Of a stretch of 64,000 nt of DNA, positions 48,130 to 60,860 are shown one piece after another. Origin of the DNA: Takakia lepidozioides (taxonomy: Eukaryota > Plantae > Bryophyta). Made by a program: the position numbers and the translations under genes. The stretch covers positions 82,274,001 through 82,338,000 of the forward strand of contig CM060732.1 in assembly GCA_030704615.1 (NCBI GenBank). The letters run 5' to 3'. The notes below the pieces were generated by a model. It ran no database searches. It was not told the origin of the DNA and worked only from the letters and a program-made list of their open reading frames with translations. The stretch's first letter is position 1. Every line of letters begins with the position of its first letter.

Positions 48130-48575
48130 TAACGGAAGACAATACGAATAATGTAAGAACTTAATGGACGCGTGTGATCTGACGGTACTTTCGCCGGCTT
48201 CCGGCAACCTGGGCTCCTCCGGCGAGGCCCCTGTCAAATCCTCCCCTCCCCCTCTTACCTTGGTTTCACTATGAAATACTTCAGAATCCAAATGGGTTTC
48301 ATGCTGAGGTGGGGTAGCGTGACGGTAAGGTGACAGATATGCAGGCAGCAAGGTTCCGGATTTGATTCTTTATTTGGTGGAGTTACACTCCATTCTGTGT
48401 AACCCAGAGTGGAGTTACACACCTCGTCGTGTAACCCTGACTGTAGTTTACACTCCTTCAGTTCCATGTCACTCTCAAGAGAGGGTGGGGAAGATTTGAC
48501 ATGCCGGAAACCGGCGTACCATCCTGTCAGAGTTTGCCCGTGTGCATTACGTTCTCTATTATCTTCGGTTAGTAA
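48130..48575. mobile_element. Second, inverted copy of the 19445-20065 TIR family with fewer internal repeats
   Basis: Shares ctccttcagttccatgtcactctcaagagagggtggggaagatttgaca and the TIR-like ends. Confidence 0.75.
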
Positions 48576-50298
48576 CTTGCTGGACTGGGGGGTGTTTCCT
48601 GAAAAAAAAAGGAAGATTCCTTACCCTTATTAATAAAATTTACCAGGGCCACTGTCCCTTATTCTGTAAAAATTAAAAAATTAAAAAACAAATGTTCAAT
48701 TTATTTTTTATTTTTTATTTTTTCTAAAATTTTAAGGAAAGGGGACAGATGTTCAAGTGAAAGTGGCCCATAGAAAATTTCGGGAGGAGCCCCAGTCCCT
48801 CCATTTTGCTCATTCAAGAGGGCAAGAGGCTTGTGACTTGACTTCTGTGGCTCACAAGATCCTTGCCTGAAAATTGGAAGAGTACTTAGTGCGTTGGTGG
48901 ACCAATGAGATGGTGCCACGAGACCGGCTCTTTATGAATCATATCCAGGGAATAAAGGGATCCATCGTGTGTGTGCTCTCCCTGGATGAAACTGGGCTAC
49001 ATCCATCTACAGCTCTGTCGTGGCTAAACTGTGGCTATTCACGTGGCTATACGTCCAGCAACAACGTGGTAAAAAGCTGCTACAGTGCGGGTCGTGGGGC
49101 GGAGAGTGGGAGAGACGAATGCGGAGAGTGATGCACAAGACAAGACGATGCCGCTCTTGAGCTGACTGCGGCGCTTTGGACTGATCTGCTGCTCCCAGCA
49201 CCGGTAAGTGCTTTCAGAACTGACTATATTGCAATCGAAATGGAAAAATGGAGTGTTTTGAGCTCAAAACAAGCAAGAAAGAGATAATGCTGGCCTTGAG
49301 GTGATTGCAGTTTCACCAAGCACATTGTTAAGGTCACGGTGGGAGAGCTGCTCCCGCAACTGGAAAGTCTTCTCAAAACTGACTTCTACTTTGATTCGAA
49401 TGATGTAGAATAGTGTTCGAGGTTCACCCGGTGTAGAGATGGATGGGATATAAGTTGGACACGCACGGTATGATTTGGAACTTTGAGTACCGATGAACGC
49501 ACTAGGTGCAACAAAGATGGACTGTGGAAAGTTTGTTCGGGAAAACCTCCGCAGCAAGTGAACCAGGGCTCCTTTCGTGGTAAATTCCTTAAGGTGCAGG
49601 TCCTACTGATGCTGGGAATAACGTTGTCACAATTTTGACAACGATTTTCTCCTCCACTTGCAATTCATGTCCGGATTATCCTCCAAGAGTGAGGCAGGCC
49701 ATGGTCAAAATGGCCATCAAGTTTCTGGCAGGATGTTTTCGGCTTGTAGTGAAGATTGGACTTGTTTTGTTCCAGACGAAGATCAAAGAAGACCTGAAGA
49801 GGATCCTAAGTGAAAACATTGTGCAGATTACAGCCAGTGCTAAAACTGGCAGTTCTTCACTGCGAACGGTTACAAAGTAGCCAGTTCACACTCAACACTG
49901 CGACCTGGTTTCATACTGTAAACGCTTGAAAGTACTGAAACTGGCGCTTCCCCAATTCGCAACAGGCTAAAGAAGGCAATTCACGTAAAACTCTAGAGTA
50001 TGGACGGTCACTGTTTCCGGAAATGGAATCAGGTTGCAGATCTCTTTCTTCTTTTCCTGCGCAGAGCAATTCAAGATGTCTTCAATCTTACCAAGGAAAA
50101 TGAGAGGCTTGTGTTGGTCGTGCTTCCAATCCAAACGCAGGAATACATTATTGATGATACAATCTTGACAGTATTTTGTAAAAATGCGATTATTTCACTT
50201 CCCCTTCAGAAGTTGTTTACACTTTTTTCTCTTTCTGGCTGGTTTACTTTGGGGGACTGCAGGTGGACGTCGCAGGTGGTGCTTGAACAGTAAATTGG

Positions 50299-53200
50299 AT
50301 GGCGTTTCTGGGCTACTTGCTCGACCACTGGTCCACATATACTGTGTTCTTGGAAGTCTTCATTGTGATCTTCATATCTCTTGTGATTCTCTACAGTTAT
50401 GAGAAACGCCCATCCAGGGCTGGCTCAATCGATGATCAGTACAATCCAAGGGGGGTGTGGAGTATCTCTGTTGGGACTGTGTTTAGAAAAGACCTGTGGG
50501 AGGCTTTCAGGGGTGCCATCCATCCTGGCTGGTTACTTGGATTTCGGGCAATAGCGTTCATCTATTTACTGACATCCAGTATAATCCGTGGTGTTCAATG
50601 GGGAGCAATGGAATTCTTCTATTATTACACAGAGTGAGTTGGCCAACTGAACTTCATAGGTCCATGAAAGGAAAAGCAAGTCTTTGTCTCTCTTTAAATC
50701 CAGATACAAGAAGACTACTTGAAAGGTTTACTGGCAATTATGCTTTGTTTTCAATGTCATCAATTTTGGACTCGTTTGGTGATACTTGGGGTTATAATTG
50801 AAATGGTGATGACAATGGCAGGTGGACGCTCACACTTCTTGTTGTCTATTTCGCTGTGCGTATCCTAGCCTCTTAACCTAAATCTGTTCTTTGTCTCTCT
50901 TCCACTCAAGCATACTATTGACCTTCGAACTTGGCCATTGCCCTATGTGATGTTGGCCAAGTATGATGAGATGGATCTAGAATAGCTAGCAACTGAGAAG
51001 ACCCTTTAGAAAGTGCTTACCCTCGTTTGTGATATGCAAGTTGAGCTTTGGATGTGAATGTCTTGACTCATCTCTTCTGTGATATCAACAGTTTGCAACA
51101 TGGGTGAGTGCATCAGCGTTGTTTTCACGCATACGGAATGGCTCTCACACAGTTGAGCAGGTCATAGACACCGAGTCCAGATACCCTGTTCTACGCAGTG
51201 TTAGTAGCTTGGGGGCAGACCAAGAGAGACAGACCATTGAGCCGGGATCCCTGACAGACAAGGTGAAGACATGGTGGTATACGCACACCAATTCTCTAGG
51301 GAGGGAAGAAGCTGGAGGGTTGGGCTATGCACTGCAAACGGTCTTCGAGGTCCTCTCTCCGTCCTTGGTCATTAAAAAGTTCCTTTCTTTCTCTGTCTCT
51401 AGTAGTGAAATGCATCATTTTCATTCCCCCCTTTTTCTGACGTCTCTTCTCTTCTTCATGAATAAGTTGGTGGTCTTTGTATGACTAAACCCCTTGCTGT
51501 ATGTATCTGTGGCACGGCAGGTGGTGGCGCCAGCTGTGCTTTTGACGGATGGTGTGTACTGGATTGTTTTGTATCCCTCGTTTCCCGAGTTCTACCCTTC
51601 CACATCTGTAGGTGTTTTTCAACTTAATCCTCCCCACCTTCTCTTTAGTTTAGGATTTAGCATTTCTCAGTATGTTTGCACTGTCTTAGTTGCAGTGGGT
51701 TTGGTTCAACTGTGTGGTGCCCAGTGGATGGCAGGTAAATGCATTGGACGAGCATTTGATGAATGCCATCTTTTTGCTTGGTGAATTCTTCCTCAACTCT
51801 CTGGTGAGATTCTGTTTGCCTCTACAGTCAGATTACTGTTCCTTTCCTCCAACTTCTGTGGACTTTCATAAGCCATGAACAGTGCTTTTACTCAATTCAA
51901 CTACTAGTGACTCCCAGAATCTGCGGGTAGGAGTACCTTCTCTTAGTTAGTAGAGGAGAGGACTAGAAATTGTAGTTGAATGAGTTTAAATTTGGAATTA
52001 ATAGCGGACCGGTCTTGTGTTCAACCCTTTCTCAATGTTCTCTTCCATTGTGTGCATTTTGTTGATTTTGCACCTACTCAGCTTGTTTGGGTCACATTGG
52101 GTACGATCAGTACAGCTTCCCAGTGCAATGGCAGAGGAAGGTCTTTTATTGAGGGATGGTAACTCAACCCACCTTAAAGCGAATTACTTGGAGAGTTCAG
52201 GAAGTGATGAGTTATAGGGTTGTCCTTGTATACATGGACAGATGTCATGAAGTTGGTGGTTTGTGGGTGTTGCAGCCATTTCCGTGGTACCGTGGTGCCT
52301 ATTTTGCACTGTTTACTGGCCTCTACACCTTCTTTCAATGGATCATTCATGGTTTGGGTTGGGTGAAGTAAGTTGTCACTTGCTCCCTCCCTCTCAGGAA
52401 GCTGAGAAATCTGGGACGACTGATTGTTGCACAATGCGGGGTTGAAATATCAGACATAAAAATAGCACAGAGAAACCTGAAAAGATTTTTTAAATAAATC
52501 TATTGCTCATGAGCTATAGTCGAGCACATTGAGACTCGCAAGAATTAAGTTTTATCTGAGTGTCAAAAAACTTCATCCTCAGGTTGTGATTTTTAACTTC
52601 AGATTCTTATTATTAGTAAATGTAGCTGACTGCCTAGTATTGTTTTTGATTGGATCTTTTCTGGCTTCCCTCATGCCCTCTGCAGGTATAACAACAGTCA
52701 GTTGACTTTCTGACATCCTAGAGTATACCAGAAAATCTTAGGAAGTTTTTTTATCAAAAGTGCATCAGTTTGAGGTTTTTCTGTCCCCTTCTACTCTGTT
52801 TGAGGATTGATATACGCATCAATGCATTTGATAACTGACGTGTGGGGTTGCTTACTTCTTTGGGGACTGTGTGTTGGATGTGACCAGTCGGCCTTATCCA
52901 TATCCCTTCATGCAGCTTGACACGCCTTCAGCCCCTTTGTGGTACACTCTCTGTAGAGCTCTCTCGGTCTGACAAGGGATCTCATGGCTGTAAGAAGTAC
53001 CTTGCTAGATGAAGCTGACTTGGAGGCTGAAGTGTCTAATACCATGTTGGAAGCATGAAAAATGTTAAACAAAAATGAAGTTAGGAATAAAACATCCCTG
53101 AACTTGTTTCCAGTGTGTGACATGGGTAAGGATAATTGGTATGAAGGGCCTACCTGCCATCAGCACTAGATTGAAATTTCAGCTCAGGGCAGGGAGTCTA

Positions 53201-54148
53201 CCTTTGAACAAAAAACAGATGCAGAGAGGAAAGGGAAATTGTCAATGCCTGATGTGCGGGCAGCCTCAGGACACTATCCATTTTCTGATACAATGTCTGG
53301 CGTATTCTTATCAGAGAGTGACCCTCTTTGGGACCATCAAGAACATAGGCCTGCACCTCTCTTCACCAACTTTTAAAATCTTTAGACTGAGCCTAAAGCC
53401 CTGGCCCTGTTGGGGTCTAATTGCTGCACAGCAGATTGATGCTCGTGTGAAAGGTTTTCTAGAGGAAGTCTGGAAAGCCCGAACTAATTGTTTATACTAA
53501 GGTAAGTCCCTGGAGTGAGTCCCTCATAAATGTAGGGTCTTTTCCCTCTTGTTCCACCCAAACTGGGCATGGGGTCTGTGGCCACAAGGCTATGCCAAAC
53601 GTCTCATAAGTACATTTTCTTCTTGATTCCTTCTCGGGTCTTTATTTCAGTTCTGAGGACCTGAAGTCCAATGGTAGCCTGCATGAGGCACTTTGTCTTT
53701 GACGTTAGATGATGTTTTCTGAAGTTGTGTCTTGTCATTCGACTTTGTCCCGTCGGGGCTTTGCCACCCTAATACTATGGGCCTCTGGCTACTAACTATT
53801 CTCATCTGCTGTCTTTTGGCCCACTCGCTCTTTGAGCTTCCTGTGGACATTATTCTCACCCCCCCCCCACGAACTCGGGCAGTCATAGGGGTCAGGCATA
53901 GCATTTGGAAATACAGTGCAGCTTCTTCCTGTTTTGCCTTTTCTGCCTCTACACACTCAACTTGGTTAACATCAGAGAGTGATTGATGCAGGTACCTCTT
54001 GATTGCAGTGGCACACATTGTGTGCACTTTGTTGTGCTTGCTGCTGGTAACAGCCAAGCGCCAAGTCTACATGCGCATTTCTGTAAGTGGGGCAGCAGAA
54101 CGCAGAGAAGGTGCAAAAAAGCCTTTGCTTGAAGAAGCAAGTCCCTAG
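50299..54148 (+). CDS. Conserved plant multi-pass membrane protein (rolling stone-like family), about 8 exons
   Basis: IHPGWLLGFRAIAF, FYYYTEWTLTLLVVYF, REEAGGLGYALQ, AVLLTDGVYW, HLMNAIFLLGEFFLNSLPFPWYRGAYF, PYPFMQLDTPSAPLWY. Stop TAG at 54146-54148. Confidence 0.85.
53117..53600 (+). mobile_element. 3' fragment of a non-LTR retrotransposon (C-terminal zinc-finger region) in the last intron
   Basis: LKFQLRAGSLPLN..CQCLMCGQPQDTIHFLIQCLAY..R..L..VWKAR is typical of LINE ORF2 C-termini. Confidence 0.7.
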
Positions 54149-55239
54149 AGCTTCTCTTCTATCCCAGTGTCGGAATTTTTCTATGTGTTGTTAGACATTG
54201 GAGCTCCACTGATCTCTCTCTTGTCGGATAATGGGCTGGTATGTGAAGCAAGAAGGTTTGACATCTTTCTTCCTTTTCACGTGGATCCCGGAAAACATTC
54301 CAAGTTATCACTGTTGTAATTCCAAGATTGAGAATGCTCGGAAGTTTCTTGTTTTGTTACATGTATGGCTATCTAAAGTTCTGTCGAGTTTTCTTTTCAT
54401 GTAGGGACATTTCTCAGGCAGAACTTTGACTGTCTCGCTTTTAACGCTGTGTAAGGTCTACTGACGATCAATGCACCTCAGGGCCACTGATTTCAGAACT
54501 TCACAAGGGGTCAGGCACCCCTAATCTGGCCTTCGACATGTTCGAACATGTGACTTTGGGTTCGAACTCCCGGCCTCTGTGCTCTTAGGTTCTCAGTTGC
54601 GGAAGGCCTTGTCTGGGGGTGCCTCACCCTATACTGAAAATGCAGATCCATCTCATAATACTGCCGCTTATTGCCATGTCCATGGAACGTACAAAAAAAT
54701 CCCAAACATGTATAACAGGTATCATACCAAGATTGGAGGTATATTTTCGTTCTTTTAATCATTCTTTTGTTTTCTTGAGTAGTTGATGGATCGCAATACC
54801 TTACTACTTGATCTACAGCAGCCATTGCATTCCCTTGAATTCTAGTGATTATTGAAGGCAGGAGACTAGTTTCTGTAGAGCAGGAATATTTTGTCATATT
54901 GAGTTGTCATCATTACCACGTCATTGTCAACCACATCATCACCAGCCATGACATTGTCGTCATTTTTAAGTAAGGCAAAAAAAAGGTCCCTCACCATTGT
55001 GAGTCCTTGGGACGAAGTGGTGCTAATTAAAATTGAATTTTGAAATTTTCATCGTAGCAATGTCATAGTGCAATGGAATATAATCGGATTGGTTGACAAC
55101 AACATTGCAAATGCACTGGTATGTTCAACATTAATATCAAATGGGCCACTGCTCTCTGCCGGTGGAATTTTTTTTTAAATTTTATTTTTTTAAAGGAAAC
55201 GTGGGAGCGACTGCTCGCAATTCAGGCCCTTGAGGAGGA

Positions 55240-56060
55240 GGAATGGTGGATTGAAATATCAATCTATAAAATGCTGTTCGTCGATGAGGACCGGAATAAA
55301 AAAATACTTGCTTCACCTTCTTGTAGCCTTTGGAAATAGCATAGACCGCCAGAGCGATTCACATTTACTCATATCCATTCCGTTTGGCAAGAAGGCTCCG
55401 GATGCATAAAATTTACCGGATTTTAACACCGACAGTAAACAACCCACAAAGGAGCTTGTCAGGCGTGTATATGATAACGTGTTTTTGATAATATGATAAT
55501 GAGCTCTTTCAAAAACATTTTTTAATGTAAGACAATCGCGATTCTTTAGCTCTACACTAGCATATAAAGCATAGAGCTCATTTCCCTCTTCATTTTATAG
55601 TCACATTTTCACACAAGTACTGAAAATGAGGTTGACCAACGCGCCCTTCATTTGCTGTGCGAAGGCACGGGAGAGCTTTCAAACAGTAACCTAACATTCC
55701 TTTCCTTTCCAAGTGTGTTGGCTATCTTGAGTTTTTTACACGTAACTATGTGCACTAATGGCAGACATTTGTCCGAACCCAAATATCATTTGATCAGTTT
55801 GTTTGCAGGTATAACAATTGTTGCTAAGAACCTGATGACCACCCGAAAATGCAAATGAGAGAGGCTCCCACCTCTTTCAATCGCAAAAAACCCTCTTATG
55901 CACTTCTCTGGAATGAGCTTCTGCAAATATTCAAACAGACCGAGATCTACATCCTATCCACCAACTCCAATTGCGCACAATAGCTCAAATACAATTTGCC
56001 CTTTCTTGTCTGATTTAGGTTCCTTCTTTGGACGACGTATCCTCTTCACCAATGCTGTAT
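55240..56060 (-). pseudogene. Replitron-type HUH transposase relic
   Basis: Manual translation: FELLCAIGVGG*DVD..CIRGFFAIERGGSLSHLHFRVV (HUH)..NKLIK*YLG..HIVTCKKL..HTWKG/MLGYCLK (YxxK)..PHFQ..EEGNELYALY..LKNRDCLT.KNVFERA..LKSGKFY..GMD....SLWRSM.FP. Confidence 0.75.
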
Positions 56061-58547
56061 TCACTACTTTAAATTTAAAATTTAGAATATCAAGAGATAT
56101 AACCATATAAGAAGAAGAGAAGAGATAAAACTCTTTTGGAAGCACATGTAATTTATGGTGTTATTTCACCATGAAAATCTATTTCTTTTCATTTGAAATA
56201 TAAACATCTTTTAGCGGCAGTAAATAAGATAAACTAGGAAGGTTAAGTTTACGATGTGAATCCGGCAAAAATATTGTCAAATATCACATATGCATTGAAC
56301 ACCTTCTTTCCATCATCACAGGAAGACAGCCCAGTTTCTTACATCGTTCCGATCGTTTTTCATATAAAATGTATTTCCAATTAAAAAGAACATTGTTCTC
56401 ATAAGTCGTCACTAATAGTTTGGAGCAACAAGCTAGTTTTGTTGGCCCTGCCCCCACAATTGGTTTCTTGTTTCTTCCTAGAGACTGGGCAATTGCAATA
56501 ATGATAGACCCGCCACATGACCAAAGCAGTGAAAAGAAAACAAGAAAAATTGAATGCTTCAGTAACTTATACATGAAGTAGTGTTGATCGATGCCTCAAT
56601 CATAAATGTCAGTTTCTTGCTTATATGTTCACCACGGCCTTCCTGCACTTGATCGATCCAAGTCCTGATGATAGTCACACCATCACGGGCCTACAGGCAG
56701 CCAAGGAAGTTGGCTTCCCAGTAAATGAGAGTATACTTTGCGTCCTCGATACAACTGCCTGCTTGGAATTTCCTGCACACAACAACAACTTGGATTGAAA
56801 TATGCCGAATGAGCATGAAAAGATAACTGCCACTTTCAAGTCTAGGCTCGTGAAACGGGATCTCGCCTCGCTGCAAACACCAGTACTACCATTCTCAACA
56901 TCTGGGCCATTGGTAGGACCCTTCTCAATGGAAGCACCCAGTTGAGTTTTGGACTCTGATCACTTGACTACGTTCGGGCGCGGGACATGAGTTCATACCA
57001 TCTAGTCTGTAGGCAGGCATCTAATGCCCAGGTGCAGATCTCGGTCTTGCTATTGTTAATACAAGTCTTCTCCACGGCTTGAAGTCATGTTGGCTCCATT
57101 CTAAACGACTGCAGATATTTTGACGATTGAGAAGCCAGGCCTTGTCACTCCTCGAGCAACCCACTCGCGTTGTCTGCAAAACCACGCCGATCCCTATGAC
57201 CTTGTGAATGCTAGACAGGGATGATGATGTTTTAGAACAATTAGACAGTCTCAGAAGTAGCATCGTAGTCCCCACACATGGGATTGTATATTTGTGACTG
57301 GTGCCACCCCAAACAGAATCTCATCAACTTTTTCCTGATCATGCCATTTGAATTTCTATTTTTCTTTTGTTTTTTGCAGAGAAAGATGTCCAGCCCTGAA
57401 AATGCAACTGTGAGTTGAGTTGCCAGGGGATTTTAACTTCAAACATAATGATTCTATTCTTTTAATTTTTCGGTAGAAGGGGTGGAGCCTTGCCAGGAGC
57501 ATAATAACTCTCGTTACAAGTGGGGTCCTCAATGCCCCAAGATTACAACATCCTCTGTAAAACTAGGATCTTACCAGATGTTGATCCTCCTGTCTCAACG
57601 GTCGAGATTTCACATGTTAGCTCAATTTCTGTGAGCAACATAATCGACTTGGGTTTTGGTTTTTCTCTTTAAATGAACTAGAAGCTTTTCTCATCAACGT
57701 TAGAAAAACGTCATGTAGTCAACATAGAGCGCAACTCCCTTGTAATCAGACTGGATCCAAAGCTGAACTATGGTTTATCATAACCATATAATAACTTATA
57801 ATATGGCTATCTATATTTGGGCTGGACCTATGATTTATAATAATTAATAAAGATGGACAGCTTGCTGAACAGAGAACAGTTTGTTGTTGAAAAACTAAAC
57901 CTAACCAATAACGAACGGTTAACCCTAAAGTAATCTTACTTCGAATAATAATTTTTTATAACTTATAATATATTATGTGATTTATAATAATTATTAAATA
58001 ACCCCGAAAAAAGAGGGGTTCTCAACGGAGACCCCTGCATAATTAAAAACCTTATTATATGTTTATTATTTATTGCTCGGTTCCTATATAATATGATTTC
58101 TGATAACCCTAAGTTTTATACTGTTGGATTTGTAGTGCAATGTACTTTTTAGCTATGGCTCTTAAGAAGGTCATCATATAAAGTGGTTCATCAAAATAAG
58201 CATAATGAGACATGGTAATAAAAGTGAAAATAATATGTACGAGTTGCCTCAGGGGTGACCTTTGCGAAAATTGTGACCTACTCCATTACATCAGCTCACA
58301 CAGATGGGATATTCGATTCCACTATCACTGAAGGAAAAATCCAAAGACTATGTCGCCTCTCTTCTAAGTTCTATGCAGACACCACCACACTACTTCTCAG
58401 CGAAAATTTCAACACACAGACACCTTAGTGACACCTCATCGCACAAGGAGACGAAGCTTGTTGGAGCAAGTCACCTAGACTGCTGCAAGTATAGGGAAGG
58501 GGAGGAAACCATCCACCCCCGATTGCAATCCATCAAAGAGCAACAAA

Positions 58548-58900
58548 ATGGGTGGTTTGGGTATGAGCAGATCTGGAATCATCCTGTTAGCGGCGTTGGC
58601 TTCGTTTGCAATGGTATCTTATGTTGAAGCTAATGGCAGCATCATGTGGCAGGTACTGAACAGTGGAGACTACAAACCGCGACATATGATCAAGGTTCCA
58701 ACTGCTACTTACAACTCTCTACAGATGCACACATGCAGATCATAGATGGATCGGGCAACGAGTTATGGAACAATGGTGCGACATGGATGACATCCAGGCG
58801 GTGCTATCTGCAAGTGCAAGACGATGGCAACGTGGTTCTTATAGCCAGCATTTGGGTGGAAAATTCTGAACAAGTCTGGCAAACTGGCCGCCCTTTCTAG
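58548..58900 (+). pseudogene. Secreted bulb-type (GNA-related) lectin, apparently disrupted
   Basis: Signal peptide MGGLGMSRSGIILLAALASFAMVSYVEA in one frame; B-lectin subdomains NCYLQLSTDAHMQI..LW and YLQVQDDGNVVL..VWQT in another. No room for an intron, and the first subdomain is missing. Confidence 0.65.
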
Positions 58901-60860
58901 TGGGTGCAATTGCCACTGCATATGTCCAGACAAGTAGGCTTGATGTCGACTGCATGGCTGTATGAATGCAGATCGACATAATCTTCATCATTTTGCGGCT
59001 GCATACTCTTGTGCAGGCTTGATATGCATATAAGCTCCAATCAAATTATCTTTATAGAAGTAAATTCTTTGATCCGTGGGAGATTCCACTGTTTATTCAG
59101 TGGAACCCAAACTCTCACTGATGTCTTCCACTATGAGGATAAAAAATGCTTGGCAGCCTACCTGCACGAGGCCTTCACCCTTAGACAATCGCTAGAACAT
59201 TAATTGTGGTTTCTGGATTTGTTCCTCTCTCATGTTTTCTTCCATTTTGTCCCATAAGCTCTATGAGCTTTCCGCGGACGTTATAAAGCACCATTTCATT
59301 TCATTTTATTTGATAATCTGATTTGTGTTTAAGAGTTTAAAAGGAAACCTGGAAGCCACAGCTCACAGTTCAGGTCCTTTACAGAGGTGGGGGAAAAGTT
59401 AACCCGCTTTCATATAAGCCATGTAGCATACAGTAGACCCTAGACACCATCAGCGGCTGCTAAGATTTGAATGTAGAGTTTATTTGTTTTGTTTTGTGAT
59501 TACAAACAAATAAAATGAAATGTTTCTATTGTGATCTATACTGCTTCTACACTTACCTACCTATGCTTTCCACAATAGCAAAGGCACGATATACAAGAGA
59601 AAAACACTTCTGCCGCATCAGCAAGCATAAACTATGGTACCTGGTTGCAGACACCTTTTCAAAGCCACAAACTGGGGGAAGCTCTCGTGTACCCACAGTA
59701 CATTAGGTGAGTCGTTTTTACAGCTGAGTGTGTGGTTTTGAATCCATGTCCTAACCCGTGCACAAGACATTTCAATAGCAGATCACCATCACCATACTCT
59801 ATACTTGTATGAAGTCGAACTTGACCCAATTCAGTTTGGTGGGCTCAAATGTAAAGAGCTTCACATGCAAGGCTGTAGCCCCGTTTTGTCATGGAGGGGA
59901 GGATCACACGATCACACCAGTAACGCCCCTATTTCAAGTCACATTAGGGACTTAAATGTAATAACTGTGGCTGAGCTTGGGCTTGGTCGCAATCATGGGT
60001 ACCCACCATGAAATACTTTTCCAAGAATTTGCTCCAAGGAAAAACATGGATAATTCTTCCCAGTATCCACCCTATATGAGTCACCCGACTACCTATTGTC
60101 AAATATTACCTTGAATGCAATCACGATCATGTGCAAGGGCCTCAGATGTCCATTGCGTATGTCGTCTGGCTTGCTGGGCTTGCTGGATGCTACCCCTGTT
60201 GCCATGTTGTGGTGGGATGTTTGTTGGGACCTTTCTCTCATAAGGGTGATCATGACTGTGATAGTTGTGAGTTGCAAGCATCTACCTGAATCTGAGTAGA
60301 CTTCCATACCAATTCAGTTTGGTTGGCTGAAGTGTCAAACATGCATGGCTTTATCCATTACCTTGGTGAATCAAGTGAATCAAGTGAAATCAAGGAGAAC
60401 TTAGCATGCAAATAACAAACAAGAGTGTCATCCGCCTGCAATGTACTTAACATGCCCGACATGTAGCATTTATTACGTTGCTGGTACAAATATTGCACCA
60501 ATAGCAGCCATCTAATGTTTGAAAGTTGGGCCACAGGTCATCTGGCCTGACCATGCATAGGTCTTCATCAATTACTGGAAGAATAGGATGTATTTACAAG
60601 ATTCCACGGAACTAGGTGAAATTGCCAAAGGCAACTGCAGAACTGTATTTCGGAAAGGAAAAAAATGGACTTCATGATACACTGCACATAATGTACAACA
60701 GAAATTTCAATTTTGTACAAAACTACCCTATGCTTAGCTGGACCATGTCATGAGAGGCACTACTAGGGACCTCTCCTTGTTTGTTTGGTTACAAAAAAAT
60801 GGCCACGACATAAGAGCCAGAAATCTGTGCAGATATGCAACATAGATATACACAGATGCA

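Noticed and set aside
56630-57310. Possible decayed protein-coding sequence on the + strand
   Set aside because: Looks coding-like but has many stops and no family I can identify.
59828-60350. Short imperfect direct repeats (caattcagtttggt..) as LTRs
   Set aside because: About 40 bp, no TG..CA ends, PBS or PPT.
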